The translations under genes were made by a program, and so were the position numbers. Shown here piece by piece: positions 47,787 to 58,121 of a stretch of DNA of 64,000 nucleotides. The first letter of the stretch is position 1, and the number at the start of each line of letters is the position of its first letter. The notes below the pieces were generated by a model. The model was not told where the DNA came from. It did not search any database and was given only the letters and a program-made list of their open reading frames with translations. Source of the DNA: Methanothrix sp. (GTDB lineage Archaea > Halobacteriota > Methanosarcinia > Methanotrichales > Methanotrichaceae); assembly GCA_025361645.1 (NCBI GenBank), contig JANYKI010000026.1:18-64017 (forward strand), given 5' to 3'.

Positions 47787-48016
47787 AAGAATCTAATGGA
47801 TGTGATATCGAATATCAGAGTCTCGTCCTCACCGGCTATCAAGGAATTGTAGAATTATGTCGTGGCAGCGTCTTTGGTGGACAATCGCTCCAGGAACCTT
47901 GAGAGCCACTGAGAGCTGAACGATTCTTTTAATGAGTACATCTCCGGCAAGAATGAGTCCTCTAGAACGTGGCGAAGGTTCTTGAGAGAGGTTTGATGAA
48001 GCAATCTACTCGAAGC

Positions 48017-48150
48017 TAATAGCGAGATGCAGCATCTTCCAAAATCCCGCGCCCGGAAGATCGCCCCGCCAAGCCCACAGGCGGCTGCCCACATAGGCAC
48101 AAGCGCCCCCGCCCGAGCGCACGCACGCGGGGCCGGAACCTGCTGCAAAA
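48017..48150 (-). repeat. inverted copy of the GC-rich arm of the composite repeat
   Basis: Reverse complement TTTTGCAGCAGGTTCCGGCCCCGCGTGCGTGCGCTCGGGC...GCGCGGGATTTTGGAAGATGCTGCATCTCGCTATTA aligns closely with 4377-4508. Confidence 0.93.
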
Positions 48151-48191
48151 TATGACTTGGCCGCTCTCCGATGGGATTATATACTCAGTAC

Positions 48192-48208
48192 TGACTAACA
48201 CTAGGTCA
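48192..48208. promoter_or_regulatory. putative TetR operator (imperfect), upstream of tetR
   Basis: TGACTAACACTAGGTCA; same TGAC-N9-GTCA frame as 48927-48943. Confidence 0.55.
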
Positions 48209-48238
48209 CTGACTTGTGCATAGTCTGCAGGAGACAAG

Positions 48239-48892
48239 ATGACCAGGATTGTAAAAGAACCCGAAGAGAGACGAAAAGAGCTGATAGACACGGCTGAACG
48301 CCTGTTTATAGCAGAGGGCTACGATCAGACCTCTGTAAGCGACATAGTAAAAGAGGTCAATGTATCTCAGGGCGCTTTTTACTACTACTTCGACTCAAAG
48401 GAAGACGTCCTGGTGGCGGTGATGGAGAAGCAGATAGCTTTGATGGAAACTGATTTCATCCGCATTGCAAATAATAGCGACCTGGATGAGGCTGCCAAAC
48501 TCAATTCCATGATCAATCGCCTTCTAAGCGTTTCTGCATCCAGAAAAAATATCATGAGCGATATCCATCAGGCCAAAAATGCCACGCTTCATATGAAGCT
48601 GATAAGGATGAGGCCATTTGCCAGGATCGCCCCAGTTATGGCGGAGGTAATCGTCAAGGGCTGCAAAAATGATCGTTTTCATGTAGAGCACCCCCTGGAG
48701 ACATCCTATCTCATACTCGTGCTGGTGGGATCGGCACATCAGATGCTCTCTCATAAAAATGATGATCCAGTCAATTCAAAAAATGCGGATCAGGCAGATA
48801 GGGAATCTTTTGAGAATATGCGTGCGGCCATGGAGGATCTCCTGGGCAGAGTGTTTGGAGTTAGCGATTACAGATTCATCCTGCAGATTTAG
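48239..48892 (+). CDS. TetR/AcrR family transcriptional regulator
   Basis: LIDTAERLF...TSVSDIVKEVNVSQGAFYYYFDSKEDV. Confidence 0.95.
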   Translation: MTRIVKEPEERRKELIDTAERLFIAEGYDQTSVSDIVKEVNVSQGAFYYYFDSKEDVLVAVMEKQIALMETDFIRIANNSDLDEAAKLNSMINRLLSVSASRKNIMSDIHQAKNATLHMKLIRMRPFARIAPVMAEVIVKGCKNDRFHVEHPLETSYLILVLVGSAHQMLSHKNDDPVNSKNADQADRESFENMRAAMEDLLGRVFGVSDYRFILQI

Positions 48893-48926
48893 GTTGCAGG
48901 GGAAGAGAAGAATGCGCACCGATTAC

Positions 48927-48943
48927 TGACTTATAGTAAGTCA
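48927..48943. promoter_or_regulatory. putative TetR operator (perfect 7-bp inverted repeat), upstream of the ABC operon
   Basis: TGACTTA-TAG-TAAGTCA, 40 nt upstream of the GTG at 48983. Confidence 0.65.
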
Positions 48944-48982
48944 ATAGACATTGAATTGAGAAGGTGAACACACATTTCCAAA

Positions 48983-49651
48983 GTGATAGTGCTGAAGGAC
49001 ATCGAGAAAACCTACCGCATCGGCGAGGCAAAGTACCCTGTGCTAAAGGGAATAGATCTGGAGATCGAATCGGGTGAGTTCATTGCCCTCATGGGGCCAT
49101 CCGGCAGCGGCAAGTCCACTCTCTTGAACATCGTGGGCTGCCTGGACCGGCCATCTGGTGGCCGTTTCCTGCTCTTGGGCCAGGACATCAGCCTGACATC
49201 AGACGATGAGTTGGCACGGGTGAGACGGGAGGAGCTGGGTTTCATCTTCCAGACCTTCAACCTCATCGGGCGTATATCCGTGCAAAAGAACGTGGAGGTG
49301 CCCATGATGCTCAGCGGTGTTCCTCGTGATGAGCGAAAGACTCGCGCCATAAAATTGCTCAAATCCCTGGACATAGCTCACCGCATCAACTTTTGCCCTG
49401 TGAATATCTCAGGCGGAGAGCGCCAGAGAGTCGCAATTGCCCGGGCCCTGGCCAATGATCCCAAGATCATTATCGCCGATGAGCCCACAGGCAACCTGGA
49501 CCTGAAGAACAGCAGCGAGGTCATGAACATCCTCACCAAATTGAATAAAGACGGTCGAACCATTATCATGGTCACTCATAATCCCGAGATAACCGAGAAT
49601 TGCAGCCGCGTCATCCGTCTCAGAGACGGGCGCATCCTGGAGAACGCATAA
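48983..49651 (+). CDS. ABC transporter ATP-binding protein (LolD/MacB type)
   Basis: GPSGSGKS, ISGGERQRVAIARAL, IIADEPTGNLD. Confidence 0.96.
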   Translation: MIVLKDIEKTYRIGEAKYPVLKGIDLEIESGEFIALMGPSGSGKSTLLNIVGCLDRPSGGRFLLLGQDISLTSDDELARVRREELGFIFQTFNLIGRISVQKNVEVPMMLSGVPRDERKTRAIKLLKSLDIAHRINFCPVNISGGERQRVAIARALANDPKIIIADEPTGNLDLKNSSEVMNILTKLNKDGRTIIMVTHNPEITENCSRVIRLRDGRILENA

Positions 49652-50551
49652 ATGAATAAGTATCTTCAATTTTTCTTCCTGCTTCTGCTGGTGGCAGACT
49701 CAGCAGCCGCTTATGAATATCGCATGCCTGTCAATGTACAATGCACATCAAATCCCGCCGTGCTCATGCCCGGCGACGAGGCCCTGCTGGCTGTCGAGAT
49801 GCAGAGCGGGTCTGCATCCTACGGCGTGGGAAAAGATGCCGGATCGGGCAGCACGGCTCAGAGTGCTCTCTTGTCCACGCCCATCAATAAGACGGTCCTC
49901 AAAGGCACACAAAACCTGAAGGTGCTCACAGCCGACTACACCAATCTGGGCATGATTGGCCCAGACGACAAGATCACTGCCTACTACAAGATCAAGGCCT
50001 CCGACAACATCACCAGCGGGACATATCTGCTGGGCTTCCAGGTTGAAGGCGGCTACGACATGATCACCATAAACCGCGAGCTTCCCATCAAGGTTGATTT
50101 TGCAACCGTGAACATGGCTCGCGCCGAGGCCTCGACCACCAAGCAGATCTTCAACCTGAATGTGGCCAACCCACGCGAGAATACTCTCAACGCTGTGACC
50201 ATCGTGCCGTCGGCCAAGGAAATCAAGTTCTCGCCGGACGAGTACTACATCGGCACCATGGATCCGGACGAAGTATTCACCATCAGTTTCAGCCTGGAGT
50301 CCCTAGATCCATCCAAGCAGATCAAGGGCGCGACAAACGTCAGCTTTGTAGCCAAGTTCAAGAACGGGGATACATGGCACCAGTCTCTGCCTTATGTTAG
50401 CAGCTATACTCCGCCGGTGGATAATACCAATCAGAATAGCTACCTTATACCCGCAGGCATTGTGGTCGTGATCTTATTTGCTGCCGGTGTATATCTGTAT
50501 CGCAAGAATAAGCTCCCCATCAAGCCAAAGAATGGATCCTGCCAGACTTGA
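49652..50551 (+). CDS. secreted, C-terminally anchored accessory protein (COG1361-like)
   Basis: Signal peptide, Ig-like beta content, C-terminal TM plus basic tail; within the ABC operon. Confidence 0.75.
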   Translation: MNKYLQFFFLLLLVADSAAAYEYRMPVNVQCTSNPAVLMPGDEALLAVEMQSGSASYGVGKDAGSGSTAQSALLSTPINKTVLKGTQNLKVLTADYTNLGMIGPDDKITAYYKIKASDNITSGTYLLGFQVEGGYDMITINRELPIKVDFATVNMARAEASTTKQIFNLNVANPRENTLNAVTIVPSAKEIKFSPDEYYIGTMDPDEVFTISFSLESLDPSKQIKGATNVSFVAKFKNGDTWHQSLPYVSSYTPPVDNTNQNSYLIPAGIVVVILFAAGVYLYRKNKLPIKPKNGSCQT

Positions 50552-50568
50552 ACTAATGGAGGACGCAA

Positions 50569-51783
50569 ATGAAAATACCTGATATGCTGGAGTTCATTGC
50601 CGTAGGCTTCAAGGCCGACAGGTTCAAGACGCTCATGTCCTCCCTCGGGATCATCATAGGCGTCATGGCCATTGTGGTGATGATGTCGATAGGCGAAGGG
50701 CTTTACTCTGGTGTATCTTCGCAGTTTTCCAGCCTTGATCTGGATGTGATTTATGTGGTACCGGGAAATTTCGACGGACCCGGCCAGTTCAACAAAAATC
50801 TGGCGGAACCTGCCAAGTTCACAGACAAGGACACGAAGGTGCTGGAGAATGTGGTGGGAGTCAAGAATGTGGCTCCTGAGACATCGGCCAACGTTGTAGT
50901 GGCCTTTCGCAACACAAATGCATCTGCCAGCCTTACAGGCGTGGATCCGGACAAGGAGACGGCGATCAAAGAAAAAGTGGTGCAGGGAAAGTTCCTGACA
51001 TCATCCGATTACAAATCGATCGTCATCGGCCAAGGCGTGTCGCAGAAGCTCTTCCGCATGAAGATAACGCCTGGAAACAAGATCCGCCTTTACCACAAAG
51101 ATCGCTACATGGACTTCAAGGTGGTCGGCGTGCTGGAGGAAGCAAAGCAGACCTCCTTTGGCGGCCCGGGCAGCGACGAGAACAACCTGATGTACATCAC
51201 GCATAAAGCCATGGATGAACTGATAGGCGAAGACAATTACTACTATGGCATTTTCAAGGTGACGGTCGAGGACCCAGAACAGGTTGACAATATCATTGAG
51301 AAGATCAAGAGCAACCTTAAGAGGTATCACAAGAATGAGGCATATGATGCCACCACAGCGCGCGATATGCTCGCCTCGCTCATGAGCGTCCTCTCCATGA
51401 TCAAGTATGCTCTGGCTGGAATCGGGGCCATATCGCTGGTGGTGGGGGGAATTGGCATTGCCAACGTCATGATGCTGACCGTGAAAGAGCGCATCCGGGA
51501 GATAGGCGTTATGAAGGCTCTCGGTGCGACGATGCGTGATATCAGGATGCAGTATCTGCTCGAAGCCGGTGTGCTGGGCGTCGTGAGCAGCGTCATCGGA
51601 ATTGTCGTTGGCGTGATCATATCTTCTGCTATTGGATCGTTAGCAGGGTTCCCTTCGGCAATTACGCCCACGTCCATCCTGCTTGGGCTCTTGTTCGGCG
51701 TGCTAACGACCACAATTGCAGGGGTTTATCCGGCCAACAAGGCGGCCAAGCTCGACCCTATTGAGGCGCTGCGAGCGGAGTAG
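50569..51783 (+). CDS. ABC transporter permease (MacB/FtsX family)
   Basis: SSLGIIIGV; VGGIGIANVMMLTVKERIREIGVMKALGA; PANKAAKLDPIEALR. Confidence 0.96.
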   Translation: MKIPDMLEFIAVGFKADRFKTLMSSLGIIIGVMAIVVMMSIGEGLYSGVSSQFSSLDLDVIYVVPGNFDGPGQFNKNLAEPAKFTDKDTKVLENVVGVKNVAPETSANVVVAFRNTNASASLTGVDPDKETAIKEKVVQGKFLTSSDYKSIVIGQGVSQKLFRMKITPGNKIRLYHKDRYMDFKVVGVLEEAKQTSFGGPGSDENNLMYITHKAMDELIGEDNYYYGIFKVTVEDPEQVDNIIEKIKSNLKRYHKNEAYDATTARDMLASLMSVLSMIKYALAGIGAISLVVGGIGIANVMMLTVKERIREIGVMKALGATMRDIRMQYLLEAGVLGVVSSVIGIVVGVIISSAIGSLAGFPSAITPTSILLGLLFGVLTTTIAGVYPANKAAKLDPIEALRAE

Positions 51784-51937
51784 AGCCTTTCATTCTTGCC
51801 GCACAAAACACGGCAAACTGTTTATATAATCGTTATAGATAAAGAGCGGTTGGAGGGAAAGGCTATTAGAGCATCGTCCACCACCTGAGAAGGCTCGGCC
51901 AAAGACACCTGTTCTGGCCGATGGAGCTCTGAAAAAA

Positions 51938-52171
51938 TTGGCTAAGAAAGCTAAGCATAGTGATGCCATCATGACCGGCATTCTCGTTACCAAGTTCAAG
52001 ATGGGCCAGATAAATGTAGAAGATCTGGTGCGGATGGCAGCCGATGCCACCAAGGTAGAGAGGTGCTCGGCGGCAAAGAAGGTTCTGGAAGCGGTGAGGG
52101 ACTCGCCCGACTTTCTGCGCCAAGAAGCTTTGCTGGCAAACAGAGAGGAATTAATTGGAGAACCGCGATAG
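51938..52171 (+). CDS. small hypothetical protein
   Basis: 77-aa ORF with protein-like composition and host codon style, in an intergenic slot. Confidence 0.55.
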   Translation: MAKKAKHSDAIMTGILVTKFKMGQINVEDLVRMAADATKVERCSAAKKVLEAVRDSPDFLRQEALLANREELIGEPR

Positions 52172-52303
52172 GCGGAGAAGTTGTGGAGTTTAAAACCGTG
52201 GGGTTTCTCTGCCCCCCGCACCCCAACCATCCTAAAAAAGTATAGCCATATCTGAAGAATTGGAAATGAGAACGCATTCCACCAACGGAACGCCTTCTCT
52301 ATA

Positions 52304-53758
52304 CTATTTCTTGGATGCTTGCTTCGTGCACTTGCCCAGGGCTACCACGACCAAAATCCCCTGTCTCTTCAGCTCTTCGCTAACCACAGCCTCCACCTCG
52401 TCCTCAGAAGAGGGCAGCTCCAGACGGCGCGTCGGCACCAGCGCTTCCACCAGCTTCGTCAGGTCGGGCGCTTCCTGCCCACCAGTCATGGCCGCCACAT
52501 CGTTCTTGAGGACGATGACGAGAACATCGCGCTTCTGCCAGACGGCATTGATCAGGCCCTGCAGACCCGAGTGGGCCAGAGCATAGTCACCCACCACGGC
52601 AATGCCCTTTTTGGCAAAACCCGAGGCTACGCCCACCGATGACCCCAGGCCGTAGACCACGTCCACTGATTGGTAGGGCTCGCGTGTGGCACGAATGGCG
52701 CAGCCCGCATCCCCGGCTACGGTGACGTCGATTTTGCCCAGCGCCCGGAAAAGGGATATGAAGGGACAGTCCTCACAAACGCCCGTGTAGCCCCTTTCTG
52801 CCAGGCTCTCGTAGACCTCTGGCTTTTTCTCCGGTGTCTCTTCCAAACCCTCCAGCGCCCGGATGATGTCTGCCCTCCCCAGAGGCCCGCGAGGCAGGTG
52901 GCCGGTGAGCTTGCCTTTGACTTTCGGGCTCATGGCAAGCTGCGACTCAATGAAAGGCTCCGGCTCCTCTGCCACCAGGATAAGACGATGACCATCTATG
53001 AAGCGGCGCAGGAGCTTTACCGGCAGAGGGTTGCTGTAGCCTACACAGAGCAGCGAGACTCCCAGGCCTTCGGCGAGAGCCGCCGGGCGGCCGCCGGCTA
53101 TGATGCCCACGTCCCCGGATATCGCCATCCTGTTTAGGCTCGTGGACTCGGAGGCATACTCTGCATCGGCCAGGATGCGGTCGTGGTGCCTCTGATGCCG
53201 GCCGCGCATGGTCAACTCCAGGGCCCCTTTCTCGAACTGCTGGGCAGCACCCTTGTTGGGCTGCGCCGGGATTAATGGCCCCTCGTCGGCCAGAAGGCGT
53301 GCTGTCACCCGGACGATAACCGGAATTCTCAGCCGCTCGGAGAGGGTAAAGGACTCCAGAATAGATGCGTGCAAAGCGGCCGGGCTGCAGGGATCAAGCA
53401 CCGGAATCTCAGATAGTGGCCCATAGAATCTGCTATCCATCTCCGCCTGTGAAAACCTCGGCCCCAGATCATCTCCGGCGATGATCACCAGCCCCGAGCC
53501 AATGGTGTGCGTGGCCGAGATGACCAGTGGATCGGCCAGAATATTCATGCCCACCTGCTTGACGATGACCAGGGCGCGTCGGCCCGTAGCTGACGCCCCC
53601 AGGGCGATTTCCAGGGCCACCTTTTCATTAACCGAGATCTCGGCCTTAAGAGCGGCCGCCAGATCAGTTATGGGATAACCGGGAACGTAGGTTCGAACCC
53701 ATGCTGCTGCATCTTCAGCCGCCTGGACCGCTGCCCACAGGCCGTTCATCGACTTCAT
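52304..53758 (-). CDS. indolepyruvate:ferredoxin oxidoreductase alpha-like TPP-binding protein
   Basis: YVPGYPIT...NEKVALE...KQVGMNILADP; GDAGC; GDYALAHSG; no beta subunit adjacent. Confidence 0.85.
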   Translation of the reverse strand: MKSMNGLWAAVQAAEDAAAWVRTYVPGYPITDLAAALKAEISVNEKVALEIALGASATGRRALVIVKQVGMNILADPLVISATHTIGSGLVIIAGDDLGPRFSQAEMDSRFYGPLSEIPVLDPCSPAALHASILESFTLSERLRIPVIVRVTARLLADEGPLIPAQPNKGAAQQFEKGALELTMRGRHQRHHDRILADAEYASESTSLNRMAISGDVGIIAGGRPAALAEGLGVSLLCVGYSNPLPVKLLRRFIDGHRLILVAEEPEPFIESQLAMSPKVKGKLTGHLPRGPLGRADIIRALEGLEETPEKKPEVYESLAERGYTGVCEDCPFISLFRALGKIDVTVAGDAGCAIRATREPYQSVDVVYGLGSSVGVASGFAKKGIAVVGDYALAHSGLQGLINAVWQKRDVLVIVLKNDVAAMTGGQEAPDLTKLVEALVPTRRLELPSSEDEVEAVVSEELKRQGILVVVALGKCTKQASKK

Positions 53759-54654
53759 GGAATTGCAGGCACAATGGACTCATCCGGCTGAGCAGAGAAG
53801 GGCAATGCCGCCACGGCACCAATCAATCCCTGGCCGTCCATCATGATCTGAACTCCATTCTCCCGTGCCGCTTCCAGAGCATCCTCGTACTGCACCCTCT
53901 CTCGCTTGCACCTCTGGCCAAAGGCCAGAAGAGAGATGGGATCAAAGTCCCGGAAGACGGCCATGCCCGTCTGTTCGGAGACGGAATACTTCCTCAGCAG
54001 TGCTTTGAAATCAGAGAGCATGGCTTCTGCTTGGCCGGGCAGGCAGGCGAACTCCACTGCCGTGGAGACGCAGTTCTGGGTCTTTGTCGGCACGGGAAAG
54101 AGCTGTACCAGGGAGTGAGAGATATAGCGCGCCATAGGTCGATCAACCTTGCGAGAGATGTTGTGAATAAGAGACCATGTCGCTCCCTCTGTCTTGGAAT
54201 CAGTATCATCAACTCCAATGATCAGCCTCTCTCTTCGAGGCATTACGATGGTGCCGCGGGCGACGCGCCCTCCGCCGCACTCCGTTACATCATAGCGCAA
54301 GACGTCCTCCGCCTTTGCACGGGAGAGGGTAGCGCCTACGCCGCCCCCGCCTAGACCGGCATAAGTCACCTCCACCTCCTTGCTGTTGACGATTACCGAC
54401 TCGATGCCCGCCGATCTCTTGGAGGAGACAAGATCCAAATCGACCTTGCCAGGTGTTATCATATAGCGGAACCATTCGCCCAAATTGCGAGAGCTTTTCA
54501 CCAAGGGTCCCTTAGAGTAATGGTATCTGGCCCAGGCTGATCCACCGTAGCAACGGGAGCGTTCCATGAGCTCTACCCGGCTGCCTTCATCATCAACCAC
54601 GGCATGGATCTGCTTGTAGACCACAACGTATGGATCATCTAATTCTAGTTGCAA
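53755..54654 (-). CDS. methanogenesis marker protein 11 (TiaS-related)
   Basis: DPYVVVYKQI...GGSAW..YHY...LIIGVDDTDSKTEGATW...KTQNCVS; TTG start at 54654. Confidence 0.85.
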   Translation of the reverse strand: MQLELDDPYVVVYKQIHAVVDDEGSRVELMERSRCYGGSAWARYHYSKGPLVKSSRNLGEWFRYMITPGKVDLDLVSSKRSAGIESVIVNSKEVEVTYAGLGGGGVGATLSRAKAEDVLRYDVTECGGGRVARGTIVMPRRERLIIGVDDTDSKTEGATWSLIHNISRKVDRPMARYISHSLVQLFPVPTKTQNCVSTAVEFACLPGQAEAMLSDFKALLRKYSVSEQTGMAVFRDFDPISLLAFGQRCKRERVQYEDALEAARENGVQIMMDGQGLIGAVAALPFSAQPDESIVPAIP

Positions 54655-55931
54655 GGCACATTCCTCTTCATATACTCTCTCAATACTACTGTGGCATAGC
54701 TTCCTTTGGGCAGAACGAACTGCAGCTCTGCTCGGTTTTCCTCTACAGTGATTTGCGGTTTGACAGGGCATTGGGCAGCGCGCCTTGTGCCTCTTGAACC
54801 CAGGTCCAAATTTTCCGGAATATTAAAATTCTCAGGTGAAATGCCTTCTGCCCTAAGGATATCCCTCTCGATTTCACCCTGTGCGCCTTCCGCCAAAATT
54901 GTCTCAAATCCGATAAGCGGAAGAGTGAGAAATGCTCTGCCCCTCCCGGCCAGCCGGTCTATGGCTTCCAGGTTTTCAGTGGTTACTTTCTGCACTTTAT
55001 CCATATCAGGCATGCCGTCTTTGGCAAAGCAGACCACATCGCCCACCACTGCCCTATGCAGCGGCATTGCAGCAGCCAGACGGCAACTGAGAATCCGATT
55101 GAAGAGATAGGACTGGTAAGCATGTACAAAGAGTCGCTTTAAATTGACGGAAAGAACATCAAAAGAGTGAGCATAATCGCCGGGATGCTCCGCCAAAAAG
55201 TTTAGCATGGCCACCTCGTAACGCAGGTACTCAGGGAACTCCTTTAGGGCGGCAGGAATGTCTCGATTGACCCAGAGCTTCTCCCGGGCCTCCCTCGTCC
55301 GATCCAGCTCGCCGGGAAAAGGCAGAGCCAGATAGATAAAGACCGCTTCTTCGATATTGCCTCTTGCCAGAGCCTCGCCTACTTTATGGGTGACTGGCCT
55401 GATGTCCCCGAACCTCTGCACGCCGAAGTAGTTGGGAACGCCCCTTTGTTTCTCTATCTCCTCGGTGATGCCAGTCATTCGGGCGGCAGGATCCGGGCAA
55501 CATAGCTCTCTAATCGTGATGCGAAAACTATTGCCCAGTAGATCTCCCAGGCCCACAGCCCGGTTTGTCCTGCCGAGCACCTTTATTTTCAGATCAGGCA
55601 AGTTAATCTTTGTGAGCTCCGATTCATCCAGGTTCATGATGCTGATGCGCTGGCTTGTTACCGCCCTTTTGTCTTTGGTGCCGGCCCAGCCGAATCTCTT
55701 CTGGCTGATACGAAGCTTTCTGGCCATCTCCCGGACGAGGTGATGCATATCCCAGTTGGTCTTCTCCACATCTAAGACCAGATACCTTCCGCCTTCGTAG
55801 CCCAGCTCTTCGAATACCTCAGAAACTTGGAAGTCCTCAGCACAGCTCTTAATGACGCCCCCGCAGCCAAGGCTATCTGTGATGTAATAATCCATGCCCA
55901 AGGCACGGTCCCAATCACTTGCCGAAATCAT
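54645..55931 (-). CDS. truD: tRNA pseudouridine(13) synthase TruD
   Basis: GWAGTKDKRAVT; PNYFGVQRFG; LPKGSYATVVLRE. Confidence 0.96.
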   Translation of the reverse strand: MISASDWDRALGMDYYITDSLGCGGVIKSCAEDFQVSEVFEELGYEGGRYLVLDVEKTNWDMHHLVREMARKLRISQKRFGWAGTKDKRAVTSQRISIMNLDESELTKINLPDLKIKVLGRTNRAVGLGDLLGNSFRITIRELCCPDPAARMTGITEEIEKQRGVPNYFGVQRFGDIRPVTHKVGEALARGNIEEAVFIYLALPFPGELDRTREAREKLWVNRDIPAALKEFPEYLRYEVAMLNFLAEHPGDYAHSFDVLSVNLKRLFVHAYQSYLFNRILSCRLAAAMPLHRAVVGDVVCFAKDGMPDMDKVQKVTTENLEAIDRLAGRGRAFLTLPLIGFETILAEGAQGEIERDILRAEGISPENFNIPENLDLGSRGTRRAAQCPVKPQITVEENRAELQFVLPKGSYATVVLREYMKRNVPCN

Positions 55932-55966
55932 TCACGCCTCGGAGATCAAAAATGTCATCATGCGCA

Positions 55967-56320
55967 TCAGACAAGCTTGAGCTTGCTCGTCACTTTGTCC
56001 ATCAACTTTCCGCGAGCCGGACCCAGGCCCAGTGCGGTTATGGTACCGGCAGGAATCTCGGTCAGCCCGGCATCGGCAACAATGGCACAGGCTATCCCCG
56101 CCCTCTCTGCGTCCTCTCGCAATCGGAAAAGGTCGGGCACCCCCGGCACCTTCAGAACAACCTTTTTTTGGCCCTCAGCCTTCCATTCCGAGACCGTGGA
56201 TCGGTCCATTTTTTCAGCTCTTTCTACAGCCATAACTGCAGCATGGGCCACCTGCACTGCCAGCTTTCCCGCCGAGAGCTTCAGATCCTCTCTAATCACA
56301 ATGCATTGCTTGAACTCCAT
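55967..56320 (-). CDS. pth2: peptidyl-tRNA hydrolase Pth2
   Basis: GKLAVQVAHAA...GQKKVVLK...DAGLTEI..GT.TALGLGP. Confidence 0.96.
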   Translation of the reverse strand: MEFKQCIVIREDLKLSAGKLAVQVAHAAVMAVERAEKMDRSTVSEWKAEGQKKVVLKVPGVPDLFRLREDAERAGIACAIVADAGLTEIPAGTITALGLGPARGKLMDKVTSKLKLV

Positions 56321-56379
56321 CAGATGTAACCTCACTTACAAAAATGTGCTAAAAAGGTGAAGGAAAAGAGGCGAGAATG

Positions 56380-57711
56380 CTAAGCCTCTTTGGTTAGAAC
56401 CTTAACGCAGGACGGGCTCTTGGCAATATTTCCCATCTTGGCGCCGATGAGATATTCCAGGCCCTTATCCGCAGCTATGTCTAAGATGCGCTGCGTTACG
56501 ACGCCATCGAAGATCACGCCGTTCACGTCCCCATTTGTTTCCTTCAGTTCTCTGGCCAGATCTCTTACTGCTACCTCCCGAAGGACATTTTGATTTCGAT
56601 CCATTATCCTGGCACAAAGAGTTCCATCCAGTTCATCTACATGCTGTCGGAACCATTCTCTCGGTGGCTCGGGCTCAGGAACAGGTTCAGAAGCCGCAAC
56701 AATTACTTCTTCTATTACGGGGACCAGAGCTGGGACAAATTTAGGCACGACTTCGCGAGGCACGACCCGACGCGGCGCGATGGCCTCGGCCCTCTCCGCC
56801 GTGTTTCGCACGCAGAAGGGCTTCTCGCGGATGAGGCTCTTTCTCTTGGTGGTGATCTCACGCCTTTTCTTTGGTTGGTTTTTGATCTTATATTGATCCA
56901 GCACCTGCTCCACAGGGATCTTCTGGCGCAGCGCCCGGACAATCTCTTTTTGGGTCATGTCCTCTACGCTCTTTCCCTCCGGAGCCCTGGCCACAAAGTC
57001 GATGTCTGCTACCTGAAGAAGCTCTTTAATGATCAGCTCTCCGCCCCGGTCGCCATCAGTGAAGGCGGTAACGACCTTCTTAGCACACAGATCGGCGATG
57101 GTTGGCGGCACATTGGTTCCGCCTACGGCCACGGCGTTCTTGATGCCGTACTTGAGCAGATTAAGCACATCCGCCCGACCCTCAACCACTAGAATGGCAT
57201 CGGAGTCCAGTACATTGGGACCGGCAGGCAAGTTGTCTTTGCCCAGGTGAGTTATCTCCTCCACGCGAACGGACTGCTTTATCTCCTCGGTGATCTCTTC
57301 CGTCTCCAGGATGTTCTCGTCGAACATCTCCACCAGGATGCGCTTGGCCCGTTCTATGACATATCTCCTCTTGGCGGCGCGCACATCTTCGATGCGATTT
57401 ACAGCGATGCGAGCGATGCAGGGTCCCACTCGGTCTATGGTCTCCAGGGCGGCAGCCAATATGGCCGTCTCGACCTTATCAAAGCTGGAAGGAATAGAAA
57501 TGGTGCCGCTGGACTTTCCGCCGCTGGATGTAATCTGGACGTCGATCCTGCCTAACCTTCCCGTTTTTTGGAGATCCCTTAGATCAAGGTCGCTTCCCAG
57601 AAGGCCCTCGGTCTGGCCGAAGATAGCGCCGACCACGTCCGGCCGCTCCACTATCCCCTCCGCCGTTATATCCGCATAAATAACATATTTAGTTGTATCA
57701 ACATTTTGCAT
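56380..57711 (-). CDS. dnaG: archaeal DnaG
   Basis: [15 protein letters not shown]; [14 protein letters not shown]...DGDRGG. Confidence 0.97.
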   Translation of the reverse strand: MQNVDTTKYVIYADITAEGIVERPDVVGAIFGQTEGLLGSDLDLRDLQKTGRLGRIDVQITSSGGKSSGTISIPSSFDKVETAILAAALETIDRVGPCIARIAVNRIEDVRAAKRRYVIERAKRILVEMFDENILETEEITEEIKQSVRVEEITHLGKDNLPAGPNVLDSDAILVVEGRADVLNLLKYGIKNAVAVGGTNVPPTIADLCAKKVVTAFTDGDRGGELIIKELLQVADIDFVARAPEGKSVEDMTQKEIVRALRQKIPVEQVLDQYKIKNQPKKRREITTKRKSLIREKPFCVRNTAERAEAIAPRRVVPREVVPKFVPALVPVIEEVIVAASEPVPEPEPPREWFRQHVDELDGTLCARIMDRNQNVLREVAVRDLARELKETNGDVNGVIFDGVVTQRILDIAADKGLEYLIGAKMGNIAKSPSCVKVLTKEA

Positions 57712-58121
57712 ATAAGACACCTCTTATTTTAAAATAGATAGATAAAATTCACACTCAAACCCAAAGAGCCAAAGCTATCTGCGGCCTACAGAGGCCAATT
57801 CGCGACTCATTGTCGCAATTGTAGCCATGCCGTATTACAGGCAGGCAGTAAGCAGTGAATGATGGTGAATATGAGGTTCATCTAACTATTTCAGTGTCCA
57901 TTTACCAATATCATGGAGCATCTGATAGAAATGCCCACACATGAGCCATTTTATCCCCACTTAGCTGGCATTCCATCGCCCAAAGTTCCACCCAGGGCTT
58001 AATTATCATGTGATTTGTTGCTCAAATGCGTGCTTCTACCACTTAAAAATGTACGAAACTAGTTTAAGAACCTTGTGGTGGATATAGAGTCTGCAAACTT
58101 AATCCCGATAGATAAAAGTTA

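Noticed and set aside
57855-57925. C/D box sRNA (ATGATGG...CTGA)
   Set aside because: Box C is imperfect, no clear C'/D' boxes or terminal stem, and no guide complementarity could be assigned.
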